Below are positions 31,140 through 35,606 of a stretch of DNA of 35,606 nucleotides, piece by piece. The stretch is from Octopus bimaculoides (Eukaryota), in assembly GCF_001194135.2 (NCBI RefSeq), contig NC_069008.1, positions 7,961,690 through 7,997,295 on the forward strand, written 5' to 3'. The first letter of the stretch is position 1. The number at the start of each line of letters is the position of its first letter. A program made the position numbers and the translations under genes. The notes beneath the pieces were generated by a model that worked only from the letters and a program-made list of their open reading frames with translations, made no database searches and had not been told where the DNA came from.

Positions 31140-33045
31140 AACATGTTTCAGGCCTTCCTTGTAGCCCTTCTAATACTCACTCCCTATTCTCCCGCGCTCT
31201 TTCTCTCTCTTACTCTACCGTTTTCTCCCGCGCGCTCTCTCTCTCACTTACTCTGTTCTTGTCACCCGCTCTCTCTCTCTCTCTCTCTCACTTACTCTGT
31301 TCTTGTCACCCGCTCTCTCTCTCTCTCTCACTTACTCTGTACTTATCACACGCTCTCGCTCTCTCTTTTACTCTGTTCTTGTCACCCGCTTGCTATCTCT
31401 TACTCTGCCCTTCCTCTCGCTCTCTTTCTCCCTCTTTTACTCTTTTCTTTTCTCCCTCTCTCTTTTCCTTAGTATCTCCTCCCTGTCCTCCTACTTCTTA
31501 AGCCTTCTGTCGTTTTCTTTCCGTCTCTCTTTTCCTTTCATTTGGCTTCTCAGTCCCCACTTCGATATTTGCCTGTATTTTTATTCCTTCCTCCTTCTCC
31601 TCCTAACTCTTCTCTTCTCGCTTCTGCTACTCCATTTTTTGTCTTATATCTTCTGCCTTTCTTTTTCTCTTTCTTTCAATACCTTCTTTGCTTATCATTT
31701 CTCTTCTTTACCTTATGCCACTGTGTCTTTCTCCTCAGCCTGATAGTCTTACCTTTTCTTTACTCCTCCTTAACCCCTCTTTATTTGTCATCGACTTTTT
31801 TCCCTCTCCTACCATTCTAATCAACTCTTTTCTTTCCTCTTCCTCCTCATTCTTCACCCTTTTTCCTCCTACCCTAATCTTCTATCTAGCTTCTCCTCGT
31901 CCACCTTCCTTACGTTTGTCTTTTTGTATTCATTTTGTCTTTTAACTGTATTTTTCGTCCTGGTTCTCTCCTCTTCCTTCATCTCTTTCCCCCCCCCCCA
32001 CCTTTATATTCATACTCTGCCTTTACTCACTATACTGTCTCCTCCCCAATCACCAACCCTCTCTTATCTATGCTGTTTCTCTTCAGATTCTTTACTCACT
32101 CTCTCTGTTAATCTACCTCTGTCCTGCTACCACTATTTCTTTATTGCCTCTTTCCACTTCGTTCCGTTTTATACTTTTAACATTCTGTCTCTCCTCTCAC
32201 TCTCTTTCTTTCTCTCTCTTTCTTTCTCTCTCTTTCTTTCTCTCACTCTGTCCTCTATATATCTTTATATCCATCTATCTTTCTATATGTATATCTGTCT
32301 ATCTATCTTTCTTTCTATATATATCTGTCTATCTTTCTCTGCCTCACACTCTTTTTCCTCTATGTATGTATGTATATACGTATGTATCTATCTATCTATC
32401 TATCCATCCATTTGTCTGTCTGTCTGTCTATCTGTATATCTATCTATCTCTGCCCCTCACTCTCTTTCCTCTCTCTATTTGTCTGTTTATTTTTCTCATT
32501 CTCTCTTTAACTTTCTTTTCTCCTTCTCTATCAACTTATCTTCCCTCTCTTTTTCCCTCTCTTTCTCTCTCTCTTCTTCTCTCTCTTTCTATCTTTCTCT
32601 TTCTATTTTTCTATCCCTTTTATTTTTGCCTGTCTTCCTTGACTCACTTCTCTGCAACCCCTCTTCATTTATTCCTACTTCGTTCTCCTTTGTTAAATCC
32701 TTCATTTTTCTTCTCTAATTTTCCAGTCTTTTTCAGCTTCTGTCTTTTGTTTCATTCGTTCAAATAATCTTTCTTCTGTCTTTTACATTTTTCTTTCAAT
32801 CTTTTATTTCTTTCTCCGCCTCTCACGTTTCTTCCGTCTCATCCTTTTTAAGCTGCCTTCTGTCTCTTTTTCTCCTCTTTATATTTCTTCTTCATTATCC
32901 TTTTTTTTTTTTTAGCTCTGTCCCATTTCTCCTCATTCTTTTATATTTCTTCTTCTTCTTCTTCTTCTTCATTTTTTCCTCACTCATTTTTTCCTCTTTT
33001 TCCTCTTTTTGTTCTTCCTCTTTTTTCACATTTATCCTCTTTTTT
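31140..33045. repeat. Polypyrimidine (CT-rich) low-complexity tract of about 1.9 kb, with a minisatellite at 31235-31410
   Basis: Almost G-free plus strand; (CT)n-CACTTACTCTGTTCTTGTCACCCG repeated; (TCTA)n-like block at 32270-32450. Confidence 0.92.
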
Positions 33046-33050
33046 TTTAC

Positions 33051-33190
33051 AAAGTTTGCTTCCCAACCACATGATTCTAGGTTCAGTCCCACAGAGTGGC
33101 AATTTGGGCAAGTGTCTTCTACTATAACCTCAGCTCAATCAAAGCCTTGAGAGTGGATTTGGTAGACGGAAACTGAAAAAAGCCAGTCAT
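33051..33190 (+). mobile_element. SINE family A head
   Basis: TTTGCTTCCCAACCACATG..GGTTCAGTCCCAC..GGGCAAGTGTCTTCTACTATA..GGATTTGGTAGACGGAAACTGAA. Confidence 0.8.
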
Positions 33191-33351
33191 TTATGTGTAT
33201 GTAGATGTCTAAGTGTTGGGCTTCATTGCTCTGTATGAAGGATTGTGAGGTCTACTCACACCAAGGCCAGATTTAAGCATAAAGCAAACAACTGACAGCT
33301 CACAGTCCACAAGGACCATGAAATAAGTGAGAAGTATATATGCTTTCAAAT

Positions 33352-33495
33352 TCTAGTTTGCTTCCCAAACCACACAGTTCTAGGTTCAGTCCCACTGCAT
33401 GGTACCTGAGGCAAATAATTTCTACTATAGCTTTGGGCCAACTAAAGTCTTGTAAATGGATTTGGTAGACAGAAACTGAAAGAAACCCATATATA
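33352..33495 (+). mobile_element. SINE family A head followed by (TG)n(TA)n
   Basis: Same motifs as 33051-33190. Confidence 0.8.
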
Positions 33496-33507
33496 TGTGT
33501 GTGTGTG

Positions 33508-33551
<44 letters not shown>

Positions 33552-34021
33552 TGAGATTCAGTTGAATTAGGTACTTAAGTTGAAGCACCAAGTCAGTCTG
33601 GTATTATCCGCACAGCTCGAAATAAGGTGAATAAAATCAAAATAAGCAACTTGATATCCTGTTGCTTATANNNNNNNNNNNNNNNNNNNNNNNNNNNNNN
33701 NNNNNNNNNNNNNNNNNNNNNNNNNNNNNNNNNNNNNNNNNNNNNNNNNNNNNNNNNNNNNNNNNNNNNNNNNNNNNNNNNNNNNNNNNNNNNNNNNNNN
33801 NNNNNNNNNNNNNNNNNNNNNNNNNNNNNNNNNNNNNNNNNNNNNNNNNNNNNNNNNNNNNNNNNNNNNNNNNNNNNNNNNNNNNNNNGTGTATAGTTCA
33901 AATCTACAGAAAACAAAAGACAAAGACAGGTGAAGGAACAACAGGCAGGTGTATAAGTTTAATGCTCAGAAAGAATTGAGAATAGAAAAAAACATACAGG
34001 GATTAACAGTTCAACAAGATG

Positions 34022-34064
<43 letters not shown>

Positions 34065-34066
<2 letters not shown>

Positions 34067-34292
34067 CATGTGTGTGTGTGTCTTTGAGTCTGTGTTTGTT
34101 CCCGTATTACCACTTGACAATTAGTATATTTTCTTCCCTCTAACTTAGTGGTTCCACATAAGAAGCCGACAGGATAAGCACCAGGCTTAAAAAGAAATTA
34201 AGCCCTGGAATTGATTCATTTGACTAAGAATCCTTCAAGCTGGTGCCCCAGCATGACCACAGTCTAATGATTGAAGCAAGCAAAAGATAAGA
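34065..34292 (+). mobile_element. SINE family A tail, preceded by (TA)n
   Basis: GTGTTTGTTCCC..TAACTTAGTGGTT..GGTGCCCCAGCATGACCACAGTC..AAAAGATAAGAGATA. Confidence 0.75.
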
Positions 34293-34435
34293 GATAGAAG
34301 ATATAATTTTTTCTAACAAGAAGCCTCTAAGCTTAGGGCAGTGACAGAAAATAAATGCTCCACATACCAACAATGAAATGCAAGGATTTTGAAATAAATC
34401 TCCATGCAATATCATGTGATAAAAAGATTATAGAC

Positions 34436-34590
34436 AGGCATAGCTGTGTGGTAAGAAGCTTGCTTCTCAACCACATGGTTCTGGGTTCAGTGCTATTGCA
34501 TGGCTCCTTTGGCAAATGTCATCTACTCTAACCTCAGACCGACCAAAGCCTTGTGAGTGGATCTGGGAGGCAGGAACTGAAAGAAGACTA
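34436..34590 (+). mobile_element. SINE family A head
   Basis: GCTGTGTGGTAAGAAGCTTGCTTCTCAACCACATGGTTCTGGGTTCAG..AAAGCCTTGTGAGTGGAT. Confidence 0.8.
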
Positions 34591-34682
34591 TTGTATTATT
34601 CTATGGGTACATTCGCCATTATCTTTGTGTATGTATGTGTATATATAAAAAGGAATACAAAGAATGGGACAAGAACGCAAAA

Positions 34683-34755
34683 GATCCAGACAGTTAGATG
34701 ATACAAAAAAGGGACAATGAAACATCCAGACAGATGATACAAAAAAGGGACAATA
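34683..34755. repeat. Short tandem duplication of about 36-39 bp
   Basis: ATCCAGACAG..GATGATACAAAAAAGGGACAAT occurs twice. Confidence 0.8.
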
Positions 34756-35154
34756 AAAAATATGGATGGGTCATTCAGAGTTTTCTTTCCTCAGTCAAGT
34801 TCCAGATTATCATTGCAATTTTGGCTGTTTATACTCAAGATTACTCCAATCTGGCCTGCCCCAAAGAAAAACTAAGCTAAGAGCATTAGATTCCTTGGAA
34901 AAAAGCAGCGAATGTATACAAAAACAAGGACGGAAAAAAACAGAGAATTGATACACAAATACAAATGCAAATAACAGGACATAACAACAGGTGTCTTTCG
35001 ACAAAGGATGAATTAAATTAAGCTGGCGTGTGTGGAAGTAAAGCCTTACGGCAGGGACATAAGAGATGACAGGCACGGGGAGGAATATAGATGTTGCTCG
35101 GATGGTAGTCCAACCAAGAAAGAAAGGTCAGGCTTGGCCGAACACCGGTCACAT

Positions 35155-35350
35155 GGGGAGAGAGAAGAGGTAGAGGCAGAGGGACAGAAGAATTAGGGAG
35201 GGACGAGAAAAAAAGGGAGAGAGAGAAGTGAAAGGGGAGGGAAGGTGAGAATGAAGAGAAACCAGAAAATGTGAAAGAGGGGGAACGAAAGAGAGAAGAG
35301 TGGAAAGAACGAAGTAGGTGTGAAGGGGCTGATAGAAAGAAAATGAAAAA
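35155..35350. repeat. Polypurine (GA-rich) low-complexity tract
   Basis: Plus strand is almost pure A/G. Confidence 0.8.
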
Positions 35351-35377
35351 ATAAGAGAGTCATACAAAATTTAGATA

Positions 35378-35606
35378 TCATCATCATCATCATCGTTTAA
35401 CGTCCGCTTTCCATGCTAGCATGGGTTGGACGATTTGACTGAGGACTGGTGAAACCGGATGGCAACACCAGGCTCCAGTCTGATTTGGCAGAGTTTCTAC
35501 AGCTGGATGCCCTTCCTAACGCCAACCACTCAGAGAGTGTAGTGGGTGCTTTTGCGTGTCACCTGCACGAAAACGGCCACGCTCGAAATGGTGTCTTTTA
35601 TGTGCC
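35378..35606 (-). mobile_element. Young RTE-tailed retroelement (C1); runs off the window end
   Basis: Near-identical to 16379-16600 and to the reverse complement of 6640-6827; CpGs retained. Confidence 0.9.

Noticed and set aside
31143-32767. Long hydrophobic ORFs (up to 264 aa) resembling membrane proteins
   Set aside because: Stop-free translation of CT-rich low-complexity DNA (L/S/F/P only); no domain.

Overview
Eukaryotic, AT-rich, repeat-saturated genomic DNA from a gapped short-read-era assembly. The SINE families, (CAT)n/(TA)n/(TG)n microsatellites and N gaps resemble an octopus genome, but this is my recognition and not a database result. I can support no intact protein-coding gene; nearly all ORF-track entries are microsatellite, low-complexity or N read-through. 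Content: (1) a decayed pogo/Tigger DD(x)D transposase at about 4.75-6.33 kb; (2) dozens of tRNA-derived SINEs of at least three working families (A, B, M; my labels); (3) RTE-tailed non-autonomous retroelements, some young and carrying an internal VNTR; (4) hAT-like, TTAA/piggyBac-like and foldback MITEs; (5) minisatellites and a 1.9-kb polypyrimidine tract; (6) weak splice signals suggesting a minus-strand transcript whose 5' end may lie at about 27.5-31.3 kb. The most interesting signal is a Penelope-like element terminus. It joins a GIY-YIG-like C-terminal ORF remnant, a tRNA-like Pol III promoter and a minimal type-I hammerhead ribozyme fold (11203-11624). The same hammerhead module recurs as a head-to-head palindromic insertion with a 15-bp target-site duplication (26612-26882).
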